The notes: generated by a model not told the origin, from the sequence alone. A DNA stretch of 64,000 nucleotides from Nitrospirota bacterium (GCA_963737155.1 CAVTRN010000001.1:1344001-1408000); one strand, 5' to 3'. Shown: positions 42,014 to 52,540, numbered from the stretch's first letter. A program made the numbers and translations.

Positions 42014-42787
42014 CTACCATCCCCCCGATGCTCCGCCTCCTCCTCCGCTGCCGCCACCGCCCCCTCCGAAACTGCCACCACCAAAACCGCCCGCTCCTCC
42101 TGACCAGCCGCCTCTGCCTCCTCCCATCGAGGAGGCTAGTATCAGGATCAGGCATTGCCCTGGATGGGTTATGAAAAGTACGATTGCTCCGAGAGCGAAG
42201 ATGCCGAATATGACTATCTGCAGAGGACCGAGCGGCTTAGCTGCGTCGACCGCGCGCTGCTGGCGGAAACCGGGCATGCCGGTGATCTGCACACCTTCAT
42301 GGTCGGCTATCGTATTGGCAACTACGAGTGCGGCGGCATAAATGCCGGTGCCGAAGTCGCCATTTCTAAAATAAGGCACTAGATATTCACGGCCGATCGA
42401 TCCGACCATGCTGTCGGGAAGCACACTTTCCAGTCCGTATCCGATCTCGAACCGGTATTTTCTGTCCTTAACTGCAACGGCGATCAGCACGCCGTTGTCC
42501 TTACCTTTTTGCCCGAGCTTCCATTGTTCTTTTATATTGAATGCGAATTCTTCGATGCTCTGGCCGTCGAGACTCTGGACGGTGAGGACAAGGACTTGCG
42601 CGCCGGTTTTCTGTTCGAGTTCCTTGAGGTAGGCATTCAGCCGGGACTGCAACTCTTCCGGGATAACGCTGGCAAGATCGACGACATAATCGTGCGGAAT
42701 TGCCGGCGGCTGCGGCGTCGAGGCCGCAGCAAGGGATACGCAGAGGGACATGAAAAAAAACGCCACGAGAATGAAGCGTTTATACAT
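42014..42787 (-). CDS. TPM-domain (YgcG-like) membrane protein
   Basis: YVVDLA, WKLGQKGKDNGVLI, EIGYGLE, Gly-rich tail ending GGASGGW. Confidence 0.93.
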   Translation of the reverse strand: MYKRFILVAFFFMSLCVSLAAASTPQPPAIPHDYVVDLASVIPEELQSRLNAYLKELEQKTGAQVLVLTVQSLDGQSIEEFAFNIKEQWKLGQKGKDNGVLIAVAVKDRKYRFEIGYGLESVLPDSMVGSIGREYLVPYFRNGDFGTGIYAAALVVANTIADHEGVQITGMPGFRQQRAVDAAKPLGPLQIVIFGIFALGAIVLFITHPGQCLILILASSMGGGRGGWSGGAGGFGGGSFGGGGGGSGGGGGASGGW

Positions 42788-43526
42788 GGAGTTCATCGAT
42801 GATTTTTCCTGTGGATTCGAGGGCATGATAGTAGTTCTCGAAAAATGCGTGCAGTTCATTCTCAGAGAGTTTTATGCGTTGTGCTTTAAGCGCGAGCAGC
42901 TTGTCAAATATGCCGGTATCAACGCCCGTTGCTGCCCCGAGCATACGTATTACCTCAACTCGTTCGACAGGAGGGACCTGGCCGAGCAAAGTGATAATTG
43001 CCCGGAACAGAGCCATGGAGCCGGTGATCGATTTTACCAGGGCCGCTGTAAGATGTTCCTTCTTCCCGAGTGAGGAAATATATCCTTGCCGCACCTGGAT
43101 GAGTCTTGTTTTAATCTCGCGCTCGCACTGCAGTCTGAGATTGCGTCCGGAGATGTTGAGGTCCTTCAGAATGTCAGAGCCGAACACAGTTTTATGGATG
43201 AGCTTGAAATCGAGAAACTCTACGGGAAAGGCATTGAGTGATTGATGGATATATTCAGGCGTCATCACCAGCGGCGCGGCTATATGTTTTTTCCCATATT
43301 TTTTGCCGAGCGGCGCCAGGAAAGCAATGAACTGCAAGTCCATGTTGTTGAGAAGAATGACCGAATTGATATCCGATAGCCTTTCGTCGTAGTCGGAGAT
43401 TACTGCGCTTCCCACTATATGAAAGGAGTGAATGTTCGAGCCATGCTCTCCGAACAGATCCTCTACCATAGGCGAAACTTTCTGAGCAACTGCGGGATTG
43501 AGTCCTCTAAAATCAAGGTTTTTCAT
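42780..43526 (-). CDS. Nucleotidyltransferase-like protein of the lemA/TPM cluster
   Basis: GSAV..DY...SDIN, FPVEFLDFK, LRLQCEREIK; extended -10 TGCTATAAT 9 nt upstream suggests a near-leaderless mRNA. Confidence 0.75.
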   Translation of the reverse strand: MKNLDFRGLNPAVAQKVSPMVEDLFGEHGSNIHSFHIVGSAVISDYDERLSDINSVILLNNMDLQFIAFLAPLGKKYGKKHIAAPLVMTPEYIHQSLNAFPVEFLDFKLIHKTVFGSDILKDLNISGRNLRLQCEREIKTRLIQVRQGYISSLGKKEHLTAALVKSITGSMALFRAIITLLGQVPPVERVEVIRMLGAATGVDTGIFDKLLALKAQRIKLSENELHAFFENYYHALESTGKIIDELHV

Positions 43527-44325
43527 AGTGGCGCTATTATAGCATAGGAGAGGGTTATTCACAATAAATCTAAATGCGGGGAATGCGGGGCATTGCACCA
43601 GAGATCATCTCCCTGCGTGTTGCTTTTCCGCGCGAACGCTCGACTCTTGATTCGATGGAAATCGCGGATTCTGTTGTGATTCTCAAGTTCGGTTTCCCAA
43701 AAGTTTCAGGATGGGAGAAACGATGGAGGGCATTCATCCAAGCTGGCAGGTCGTATTTATTCTTTTGCACAGTAAAACCTCGTCTCTTCAGGACGGGGAT
43801 CTAAGGCGCTGGTCACAATACAACCAAAAACATATAGCTTCTGAGAAAATAGCAGACAAGTGTTCACCTTTTTGCTATCGAAACCGTAACAAAGGCAGCA
43901 CAACCCAGTGCGAAGAAGTGTGCTGGCAGTTTCTCTAAGGCAACGCACTTTGGATACTGCACAAGTATTAAAGCAGGAGATGCGTTGCGAAAAAGGGACG
44001 GAGGACGGGTCGCTTTATTCTCGTACCTCGGGCGCGCAATTGAAAAAATAAAAGTAGATTCTGTTATTGGACTCAATACAGCGGCAATGCGGTGTACATC
44101 ATGTGTTTCATGGGGAGTCTTTGCAGGATCAATGTCTTGTGTGTCTTTGGGATGAGCCGCGATTAGGTAAAAAATCAAGAGGGGATCTCGATATTCTAAA
44201 TGATGCGCCTAGTCGGATGATCATGCGCTTTGCTTCACGAGTGGGTCGGCCCTCTTGTGAGCTTCTCCGAAGCATGGGATACCCTTCCCCGGTATCCCCT
44301 TGTTCGATTCCACCCATCGGAAAGC

Positions 44326-44356
44326 AAAAAGATCGGTAGAATAACCGATCTTTTTT
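44326..44356 (-). terminator. tRNA terminator (bidirectional-type)
   Basis: AAAAAGATCGG-TAGAATAA-CCGATCTTTTTT. Confidence 0.8.
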
Positions 44357-44358
44357 AT

Positions 44359-44445
44359 TGGTGCCGGCGGTCGGAATCGAACCGACATGGAGTTGCCCCC
44401 GGAGGATTTTGAGTCCTCTGCGTCTACCAGTTTCACCACGCCGGC
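44359..44445 (-). tRNA. tRNA-Leu (CAA)
   Basis: GCCGGCG acceptor stem, anticodon loop CTCAAAA, long variable arm, GTTCGATTC T-loop, encoded CCA. Confidence 0.97.
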
Positions 44446-44530
44446 ACGGAGTAAAAGTTACACCAACCCTTATTTTCTGTCAAGTAAAAAGGCTTGCATC
44501 TTGTGAATCGGATTTGTATAATAACCATCT

Positions 44531-45004
44531 ATGCTTACGGGGTATAATACCGACTTTAAATTTCAGGGGATAATCTACCACGTACAAACCGAAGACGGCG
44601 GGACACACAGCCCCTCCATAACATCTCTCTTGTACCAGCAGGGCGCGATTCTCGCCTCACGCAAGACAAGCTACGCCGATATTCTTAAGGCCGACTGCCT
44701 GGAAGAAGTTGTGCATCAGCTCATGATGGAGCAGCATAAACAGATGATCCGTGATCTGATGCACGGTAAGATTGAGCTTCATACAGCGCCGCGCGAAGCA
44801 TTCTCTCAGTCGACACCATTCCGCAGGGCCGCTCCCGCACCCAAAGAAGCGCCGGTTGCGCCGGTCAAGGAAAAGGAGCCCGTAAAATCAGCGTCCACTC
44901 TGATGCCTCTGGAGATAAATGCCGAAGAAAAGGGAAAAAGCCTTGATGACATTATTCTGGACTTTCTTGCCCAAGAGCAAAAAGAACAGAGTCAAAAGAA
45001 GTAG
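44531..45004 (+). CDS. Hypothetical protein
   Basis: MLTGYNTDFK..YHVQTEDGG N-terminal domain, Pro/Ala linker, SLDDIILDFL tail. Confidence 0.8.
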   Translation: MLTGYNTDFKFQGIIYHVQTEDGGTHSPSITSLLYQQGAILASRKTSYADILKADCLEEVVHQLMMEQHKQMIRDLMHGKIELHTAPREAFSQSTPFRRAAPAPKEAPVAPVKEKEPVKSASTLMPLEINAEEKGKSLDDIILDFLAQEQKEQSQKK

Positions 45005-45144
45005 ATTCATTATCAGAAGCACGGTTGAATTCCGATTATCGCGTTTCAGGCCGCATCAGCCGAATATCGATACCGGAATAACACAAAGCGCATGCGCCCA
45101 TTTGGAGCACATAATAAAGCTGTACTAAACAGGAGGTTTGTTGC

Positions 45145-45987
45145 ATGGCAGTTTCGAGCGAGCAGTTGAAGGTTTTGACGGACAGGGCACGAAGAATCCG
45201 GATCGACATTCTGAAGATGCTTACTGGGTGCGGTTCCGGCCATACGGGTGGCAGCCTGTCCTCGGCCGACATCGCAACAGCGCTTTATTTTTATAAAATG
45301 AAATACGACCCAAAAAAACCGGACTGGAAAGGCCGCGACCACTTTATTCTTTCGAAGGGCCATGCGGCGCCACTCTTGTATACGGTTTTGGCCCATGCTG
45401 GATATTTTGAACACGCAGAACTCTGCACGCTCCGCAAACTCGGTTCACGGCTCCAGGGACATCCGGACAGCAAATATCTCCCTGGAGTTGAAATTTCAAC
45501 GGGTTCACTCGGGCAGGGTCTGTCCGTGGCTAACGGGATCGCCCTCGCGCACAAGCTCGACAAGACACCGAACCGAGTCTATGCTCTGCTCGGCGACGGA
45601 GAGCTCCAGGAAGGGCAGATCTGGGAAGCGGCCATGACCGCAGCCCACTACAAACTTGACAACATCTGCGCACTGGTGGACAACAACGGTCTGCAGATCG
45701 ACGGGCCGGTGGCAAAGGTGATGGGTGTGGAGCCGATCACAGACAAATGGCGTGCATTCGGTTGGGCGGTCATTGATGTCGGAGGCCACGATATGGCGAA
45801 AATCATTGACGCCCTTGACGAGGCCGAGACGATAAAGGGAAAACCTACGATGATTGTTTGCCGTACGGTTAAAGGAAAGGGTTCGAAGGTATTCGAAGGC
45901 AAAGTTGAATTTCATGGCACGACGCCGTCCAAAGAGGAGCTCGAAATAGCCATAAAAGAGCTTTCCGAGGAAACGGTCTGCAAGTAA
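45145..45987 (+). CDS. Transketolase, N-terminal subunit
   Basis: GHTGGSLS, LSKGHAAP, LQGHP, GSLGQG, GDGELQEG TPP-binding motifs. Confidence 0.95.
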   Translation: MAVSSEQLKVLTDRARRIRIDILKMLTGCGSGHTGGSLSSADIATALYFYKMKYDPKKPDWKGRDHFILSKGHAAPLLYTVLAHAGYFEHAELCTLRKLGSRLQGHPDSKYLPGVEISTGSLGQGLSVANGIALAHKLDKTPNRVYALLGDGELQEGQIWEAAMTAAHYKLDNICALVDNNGLQIDGPVAKVMGVEPITDKWRAFGWAVIDVGGHDMAKIIDALDEAETIKGKPTMIVCRTVKGKGSKVFEGKVEFHGTTPSKEELEIAIKELSEETVCK

Positions 45988-46122
45988 TTTTTTCATAAAA
46001 GGAAACATGAACAAGGTGCGATTCTAAAAAACAAATTAGACAGATCGATATTCGTTGAGAATTCGGGTACGCTCTCTGCCGGATAGTGTCATGGTATCCT
46101 GTCTAAAAATATTGGAGGACAT

Positions 46123-47064
46123 GTGACAAAGGTTGCTACGAGAGACGCATACGGGGATGCGCTGGTCAGCCTCGGGAAAAGAAGGGACGATGTAGTCGTG
46201 CTTGATGCAGACCTTTCGGGGTCCACGAAAACTGCGAAGTTCGCCAAGACGTTTCCGGACCGGTTTTTCAACATTGGCATAGCTGAGCAGGACATGATGG
46301 GCACCGCTGCGGGGCTCGCCGTCGGGGGCAAGCTGCCCTTTGTGAGCACCTTCGCGATTTTTGCCACCGGACGGGCATGGGAACAGGTTCGGCAGTCAAT
46401 CTGTTATCCGAACCTAAGCGTTAAGATCGTGGCGAGCCATGCGGGCATCACCGTGGGAGAGGATGGCGGTTCGCACCAGTCCATCGAGGACATCGCCGTG
46501 ATGCGAGTGATTCCGAACATGACGGTGATCGTGCCGGCGGACGGACCCGAGACAATGCAGGCTGTCGAGGCGGTGGCCGAGCTTAAGGGTCCTTGCTATG
46601 TACGCGTAGGCCGTAATAAAGTTCCGACGCTCTTCGGCGAAGGCTACATATTCAAGATCGGCAAAGCTCATGTATTCAACGAGGGCAAGGATGCGGTAAT
46701 CATCGCCGCGGGCATTATGGTTGCCGAAGCGCTGAAGGCGAGGGACCTGCTCAAGGCTGAGGGAATTGATGCCGGTGTGATCAACATGTCCACCATCAAG
46801 CCGATTGATGCCGATGCCATCATCGCCGCAGCGAACCGAAGCGGCGCCGTGGTTACGGCTGAAGAGCATTCGATCATCGGGGGCTTGGGTGGCGCAGTGG
46901 CGGAAGTGCTGTCGGAATCCGCTCCCGTACCGCTCGTTCGCGTGGGGGTCAAGGATGCCTTCGGCACATCGGGCGATCAGGAAGGACTTCTCAAGCATTA
47001 CGGTATCTCCGCTGAGAACATCGTGGCTTCTGTGAAAGAGGCTATTAAGAAAAAGAGGCGTTAA
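46123..47064 (+). CDS. Transketolase, C-terminal subunit
   Basis: TRDAYG, GIAEQ, GEDGGSHQ, EEHSIIGGLG. Confidence 0.95.
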   Translation: MTKVATRDAYGDALVSLGKRRDDVVVLDADLSGSTKTAKFAKTFPDRFFNIGIAEQDMMGTAAGLAVGGKLPFVSTFAIFATGRAWEQVRQSICYPNLSVKIVASHAGITVGEDGGSHQSIEDIAVMRVIPNMTVIVPADGPETMQAVEAVAELKGPCYVRVGRNKVPTLFGEGYIFKIGKAHVFNEGKDAVIIAAGIMVAEALKARDLLKAEGIDAGVINMSTIKPIDADAIIAAANRSGAVVTAEEHSIIGGLGGAVAEVLSESAPVPLVRVGVKDAFGTSGDQEGLLKHYGISAENIVASVKEAIKKKRR

Positions 47065-47098
47065 CGTTTACGAACATGAAGTTAGAGAAACAACCGGG

Positions 47099-47177
47099 GA
47101 ACCGCGAAGTCGCGAAGGACGAGAATAAAGGACGATATTCAGTATCAACCTTTGCGCTCTTCGCGTCTTGGCGGTTC
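47099..47177. repeat. Short-period REP-like inverted repeat
   Basis: GAACCGCGAAGTCGCGAAGGACGAGAA ... TTTGCGCTCTTCGCGTCTTGGCGGTTC. Confidence 0.65.
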
Positions 47178-47236
47178 ATCTTGTTAGGAGCCCAACTGCT
47201 GGGGAGGACGTCGGAGCGTATCGTTTGTTTTGAATC

Positions 47237-47980
47237 ATGATCAAGCTATATCGGGTGACCAAATACTATGAGGGCGTTCCCGCTCTGAGCGATGTAAGCT
47301 TCGTCGTGGAAAAGGGGGAGTTTGTGTTTGTTACCGGCCCCAGCGGCGCTGGTAAGAGCACGCTCCTCAAGGTAATCTTCTGCGCGGAACATGCTGATGA
47401 AGGGAAGATCGTCATCCAGGGCATCAACACTTTTCAACTGAAATCCTCGGACATACCCTATCTCCGGCGGAACATGGGCTTTGTCTTCCAGGATTACAAA
47501 CTTCTCTCCCATAAAACAGTATTCGAAAATATAACCCTAGCGCTCAAAGTTGTGGGCACTCCTTACGGCGAGATTGAACGACGGGCCATACAGGTACTGA
47601 AAAAAGTCGGCATGTACGAAAAACGCCACCTGACGCCGCCCAAACTCTCGGGCGGCGAGCAGCAGAAAGTCGCCGTAGCGCGGGCGCTCGTGAACGAGCC
47701 GCAGATGCTTCTCGCCGATGAGCCTACGGGTAACCTAGACCTTCAAAGCGCGCAGGAAGTGTTCCGTCTATTTCGGGACATTAACATGAAGGGCACAACG
47801 GTGCTCGTGGCCACTCATGATTGGGACATGGTGAGAAAGATGCGCCGCCGCATCATCTCTATGGAGCGAGGGAAGATCATAGACGACGGAAGCAATGCCG
47901 TGAAGAGCCAGTCTCAGCTCTCGTTTCTGGATCAGGAAGAGAGTGCAGAAGGACTGGTTGCGCGTGAGGGGGAGCTGTGA
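47237..47980 (+). CDS. ftsE: Cell division ATP-binding protein
   Basis: [32 protein letters not shown]; coupled to ftsX. Confidence 0.93.
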   Translation: MIKLYRVTKYYEGVPALSDVSFVVEKGEFVFVTGPSGAGKSTLLKVIFCAEHADEGKIVIQGINTFQLKSSDIPYLRRNMGFVFQDYKLLSHKTVFENITLALKVVGTPYGEIERRAIQVLKKVGMYEKRHLTPPKLSGGEQQKVAVARALVNEPQMLLADEPTGNLDLQSAQEVFRLFRDINMKGTTVLVATHDWDMVRKMRRRIISMERGKIIDDGSNAVKSQSQLSFLDQEESAEGLVAREGEL

Positions 47981-48864
47981 GAGGGTACGGGCTGTTTTAC
48001 TTTATGTCAGAAGCCATACGCGGGCTTCGTTCCAACAGCCTGGTGAACCTACTTGCCATAGGCACGATCAGCATGGCTATGCTCATTGTCGGTTTCTTTC
48101 TGATCGTGTTCTTCAACGTCCGCTCGGCCGTTAACACGCTTGGTGACCGGCTCGAAATGTCGGTATACCTGAAGGATGGCCTGACGCAGCAAGAGAAAGA
48201 TTATCTGTACGGTCGCATCGTAAAGGAGCCCGGCGTCAGGAAGGCCACATATCTGTCGAAAGACCAAGCGCTTGAACTGTTTAAAAAAGAATTAAAAGGT
48301 CAGGAAGCGTTGATCCAGGGTCTGGGAGAAAACCCGCTTCCGGACTCTTTTGAGCTTACAATCGACCGCAGCCATGCCGACAAGGACCGGATCGCCGCCA
48401 TTGCGAAGAACATATCCGCCTGTCCGGGCGTAGAGGACGTGTCCTATGGAAAACAGGGCGCTGAGTTGATTGCAACCTTGTACAAGCTTCTTGCCTATGG
48501 CGGTATGGCGCTAGCGATCCTGCTCGGCGTGTCCGTCGTTTTCATCATATCCAATTCGGTGCGGCTCGCCCTCTATTCGCGAGGGCAGGAAATTGAACTT
48601 ATGCAGTGGATCGGGGCGACCCGCGGATTCATCCAGGGGCCCTTCCTGATCGAAGGTGCGCTGCTTGCCATGCTCGGTTCGGCTCTCGCAGTCAGCATCC
48701 TAGCCGCAATCTATTATTTGCTGCCGCCCGAGGTGGTGATGCTCGTGTCGCGGCCAAATGGGCTGGACTTTTTGCCGCTGGCAGTGGTATCATATATGAT
48801 CGTTGGGGGCGGCTTGCTCGGCCTGGCCGGAGGGCTGGTTTCAGTCAGCAGGTTCCTTGAGTAG
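47977..48864 (+). CDS. ftsX: Cell division permease-like protein
   Basis: 4 TMs, ENPLPDSF, EIELMQWIGATRGFIQGPFLIEG. Confidence 0.93.
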   Translation: MRGYGLFYFMSEAIRGLRSNSLVNLLAIGTISMAMLIVGFFLIVFFNVRSAVNTLGDRLEMSVYLKDGLTQQEKDYLYGRIVKEPGVRKATYLSKDQALELFKKELKGQEALIQGLGENPLPDSFELTIDRSHADKDRIAAIAKNISACPGVEDVSYGKQGAELIATLYKLLAYGGMALAILLGVSVVFIISNSVRLALYSRGQEIELMQWIGATRGFIQGPFLIEGALLAMLGSALAVSILAAIYYLLPPEVVMLVSRPNGLDFLPLAVVSYMIVGGGLLGLAGGLVSVSRFLE

Positions 48865-48883
48865 CGGAAACGGGGAAGGAACA

Positions 48884-50053
48884 ATGACGATCTCCCGCGT
48901 ATTCCTCTTTATGATGCTGTTAGCCCTTCTAGCAGGAGCTGCAAGGCCGTCCGTCTTCGGTGAGGACGGTTCATCGGACTCTGCGAAGGAGTTAGAGCGC
49001 ATTCAGCGCGAAATGCGGGTAAAGAAAAATGATATCCGGCGGGCTGACCGGAAGGAACGGTCAGTTCTGAGTGATCTCGAAAAAATTGATCGTGATATTC
49101 AGTCGGGTAGCAGCGAGCTGGCGGACCAGCAAAGACGGCTTAACGAAACTGAGGCTTCCCTTCGCATCATCGAGGCAAACAGCACCAAGCTCAATCAAGA
49201 CCTGGGCGAACTGAGAACGCTTTATGGCCAGCGGATTCGGGCGCTGTACAAGATGCACCGTAGCAGCGGAGCCGACATGGTTTCGGCAACGGACGGTCTA
49301 GTGGGCATCGCCAGGCATTTCAAGTATCTGGGCCTGATTGCCGAGCGGGACAGCCGAATTATTGGTGAATACGGAAATGCGCTTGGCCGACTTACGGAGC
49401 AGCAGAGACAGATTGCCTTAAAAAAAGCTGAAATACTGGAGAGCAGATTGGGGGTTGTTTCAAAGAAAGTGGAGCTTGAAACAAAGAGACGGTGGAAAGC
49501 GGCCATCCTCACAAATGTGCGGCAGCAAAAGGGCCTTTATACGCATACATTGCACGAGCTTGAGGAAGCGTCGGTCAGCCTCTGGGCCATGGTTAGGAAA
49601 GACGAGGAGGAGCGGCGAAACCAGATACATTCAGCCCCTCCCGCGGCAGTCCACGGTGAGACTGGTAGCCTGCCATGGCCTCTTGACGGGTCTGTGCTTA
49701 CACGATTCGGTTTGCAGCGTCACCCGCAATTCGGGACCATGGTCTTCCGCAGGGGCATTGAAATTAGTGCCCATGAGGGGCAGTCGGTCTATGCTGTCGA
49801 GAACGGCCAAGTGGCCTATGCGGACTGGTATAAGGGATACGGGAAACTTGTGATCCTTGACCACGGCGGCGGACTATACACTCTCTATGGAAATCTTTTC
49901 AAGCTGGACCATGCGAAGGGCGATTATGTTGTCAAGGGTCAGGAACTCGGGCTTGCGGGGGAAACGGGGAGTCTAAAAGGATCGAAATTATACTTTGAGA
50001 TACGCTGGAACGGCGAGGCGCAAGACCCTCTTCACTGGCTGGCCAAACGGTAG
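48884..50053 (+). CDS. envC: Murein hydrolase activator EnvC-like (coiled coil + degenerate M23)
   Basis: Signal peptide, long coiled coil, LPWP, GYGKLVILDHG, LYFEIR with catalytic His residues missing. Confidence 0.85.
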   Translation: MTISRVFLFMMLLALLAGAARPSVFGEDGSSDSAKELERIQREMRVKKNDIRRADRKERSVLSDLEKIDRDIQSGSSELADQQRRLNETEASLRIIEANSTKLNQDLGELRTLYGQRIRALYKMHRSSGADMVSATDGLVGIARHFKYLGLIAERDSRIIGEYGNALGRLTEQQRQIALKKAEILESRLGVVSKKVELETKRRWKAAILTNVRQQKGLYTHTLHELEEASVSLWAMVRKDEEERRNQIHSAPPAAVHGETGSLPWPLDGSVLTRFGLQRHPQFGTMVFRRGIEISAHEGQSVYAVENGQVAYADWYKGYGKLVILDHGGGLYTLYGNLFKLDHAKGDYVVKGQELGLAGETGSLKGSKLYFEIRWNGEAQDPLHWLAKR

Positions 50054-50178
50054 ACGGCGACGAAATAGAATTTGTTTTTGCAATTTTCAAGTAGGCGTGC
50101 TATTTTTATGTAGCATTTATATTCTGCGCATATTCTTCCAGGAGAGTACTTATGCAGAACAAAGTGGAGGATGACGAT

Positions 50179-51543
50179 ATGGTTCGGATCAACAAAAGGA
50201 AATTTATTATTGCCGCGCTGGTTATTTTGCTGACGGGAATGGTTATCGGTCAGCAAATGGTTCAGGCCAAGCCGGATACCTATGAAGAGCTGAAGTCCTT
50301 CACACAGGCTCTCGAAATTGTGAAGCGCAATTATGTCGAAAATCCCGATAACCGGGAGCTCATCGAGGGTGCCATCCGGGGTATGGTTGCCAGTCTGGAC
50401 CCCCACTCATCGTTTATGAACGAACGGGAGTTCAAGGAAATGAACATGGATATCCGGGGCGAGTTTACGGGTGTCGGGATCCAGATCGGGATCAAGGATC
50501 AACAGCTTACTATCATTGCCCCAATCGAGGATACGCCCGGTTTCCGCGCAGGCCTTGCCGCAGGCGACAAGATTCTCAAGATCAATGACGAATGGACCAA
50601 GGATTTCTCGATCGAGCAAGCCGTGGACAAAATGCGCGGTCCCCGCGGCACGCCGGTTCGCTTGATGATACTTCGCGAAGGGTGGGACAAACCGAAGGAG
50701 TTCAAGATTATCCGCGACGTGATTAAGGTTGTGAGCGTCAAATCCCGGATGCTCAATGATTCAATCGGATATGTGAAAATCATCCAGTTCCAAGGGCAGA
50801 CCGCAGATGAGCTGGAAAAGGCGCTGAAAGTACTCGAGGACAAAGGCATGAAAAAGCTTGTCATCGATCTGCGAAACGATCCGGGCGGACTTCTCGATGC
50901 GTCAGTGGACGTGAGCAGCAAGTTTCTGCCCAAGGACAGCCTCGTGGTGTACCTGCAGGGCAGACAGAAGTCTGATCGCAAGGATTTCCTGACGACGAGC
51001 ACGGAATTGCCGCGAAATTATCCCATCGTCGTGCTGGTAAATGCGGGCAGTGCAAGCGCATCGGAAATTGTTGCTGGCGCGCTCCAGGATTCTAAACGCG
51101 CGCTTATCGTGGGATCACAGACCTTCGGCAAGGGATCGGTCCAGACAGTATTCCCACTCGAAGGCGGTGGCGGCCTCCGGCTTACAACGGCAAAGTATTA
51201 TACCCCAAGTGGGCGCTCGATCCAGAACGTGGGCATTACGCCGGACATCGACGTGAAGCTTCCAACAGTCAAGGAGGCAAAAAACGGCGATACTGTTCAC
51301 ATGATGGTTCGCGAGAAAGATCTCGAACATCATTTGAAGAACGAGACAGTGAAGGAAGACAGGAAAAAAGAAAAGCCCGTGGAAGAAGAAGACTTCACGA
51401 TGGAGATGTTGCCGAAAAACGATAAGGATGATATCCAGCTTCAGAAGGCAATTGAGATTCTGACGCCTTCGGTTTTGGCAGCAGACGTTTTCAAGTCAAT
51501 ACCCGTTACTGAGAAGAAAGATGATAAAGTGAATGTACGCTAA
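50179..51543 (+). CDS. ctpA: Carboxy-terminal processing protease, S41 family
   Basis: LDPHS, PDZ domain, DLRNDPGGLL, SASASEIVAGALQD, TFGKGSVQ. Confidence 0.95.
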   Translation: MVRINKRKFIIAALVILLTGMVIGQQMVQAKPDTYEELKSFTQALEIVKRNYVENPDNRELIEGAIRGMVASLDPHSSFMNEREFKEMNMDIRGEFTGVGIQIGIKDQQLTIIAPIEDTPGFRAGLAAGDKILKINDEWTKDFSIEQAVDKMRGPRGTPVRLMILREGWDKPKEFKIIRDVIKVVSVKSRMLNDSIGYVKIIQFQGQTADELEKALKVLEDKGMKKLVIDLRNDPGGLLDASVDVSSKFLPKDSLVVYLQGRQKSDRKDFLTTSTELPRNYPIVVLVNAGSASASEIVAGALQDSKRALIVGSQTFGKGSVQTVFPLEGGGGLRLTTAKYYTPSGRSIQNVGITPDIDVKLPTVKEAKNGDTVHMMVREKDLEHHLKNETVKEDRKKEKPVEEEDFTMEMLPKNDKDDIQLQKAIEILTPSVLAADVFKSIPVTEKKDDKVNVR

Positions 51544-51660
51544 TAATTAGCGGAATAAGCATTCATTTCTTGGTTATCAGGATAATAAATCCTTATAAAA
51601 GCAGGACAACAAGTCCTGCTTTTTTTTATCAAATGCGAAGCAGAAGACCATGGACGTTAG

Positions 51661-52347
51661 CCCATCTTTCGCAGATTGATCATCTTTTAAACTATTTTTA
51701 AGCTGATTTGAACAACCAATATATTGATTTTTTTGACTGGTGATATTTAAAAACCGCATGTAGTGCCGACTACCCTCTTGACAGGAAGCGACAAAGTCAC
51801 ACGCCTGAGCATCACGATCACTAAAAAAGATGAACGATGCAACTGGACGCTCAAAACAAGCGGCATATCTCTTGCGTGCGAACTGGCCCGAACGCGATCC
51901 GTAGGAGCTGTAGAGGACCTATGTCGAGCTGACGCAGGTGGAGGATGCTTTTCGCATAAACAAAAGCGATCTTGGTATGCGACCAATTTTCCATCAGAAG
52001 AAAGATCGCACCCAGGCGCACATCCTTGTGTCTTTCCTCTCACTTGCCATGTGGCGGATGCTCTTCACTGGATGTCCTGTTCCGGCATCGGAATTGCGCC
52101 AAGGAAACTAATCGAAGAACTCCGTTTCGTAAAATCGCTCGATGTGTTATTGCCAACACGCGATAAGACAATCAGACTTCGGATAGTGAGCAAGGTGTCG
52201 AAAGATTTGCAGCCGCTTCTTCAGAGACACAGCTGCCGTTACCGATCAAACCGAAAATAGTTGAAAATATAGTGCCGTCTTTTGCCAATTGTGCCAGCTA
52301 AGAAACTGATTTATTGGAACTTTGAATTTTTAACTGCGGAAGACGGG
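51661..52347 (+). mobile_element. Internally deleted IS1634-family element (687 bp)
   Basis: IRs CCCATCTTTCGCAG / CCCGTCTTCCGCAG; TTAG directly flanks both ends; remnant LTQVEDAFRINKSDLGMRPIFHQKKDRTQAHILVSFLSLAMWR, frameshifted. Confidence 0.8.
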
Positions 52348-52540
52348 TTAGCCGGTGGATGAATGTGTCTCCCTGTGTTACACTCTACATTCTGGGCAGG
52401 CAGTAGGGGTTGCTTTTGTAATCTTAAAGTACCACAGGTGTAAGCCATAGAGATCTGTTAAAATAATTAGAAAATCACTAAATTCTTCCTAATTCTGACT
52501 AAATCAAACTAGAAACTCCAATTTTAGCCAAAAATAGGGT

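Noticed and set aside
42014-42125. GGC/GGA-rich low-complexity repeat
   Set aside because: Normal Gly-rich C-terminal tail of TPM-domain proteins
45145-47064. Transketolase in two ORFs as a possible frameshift
   Set aside because: Two-subunit transketolases are a known form; both genes have their own RBS and are 135 bp apart
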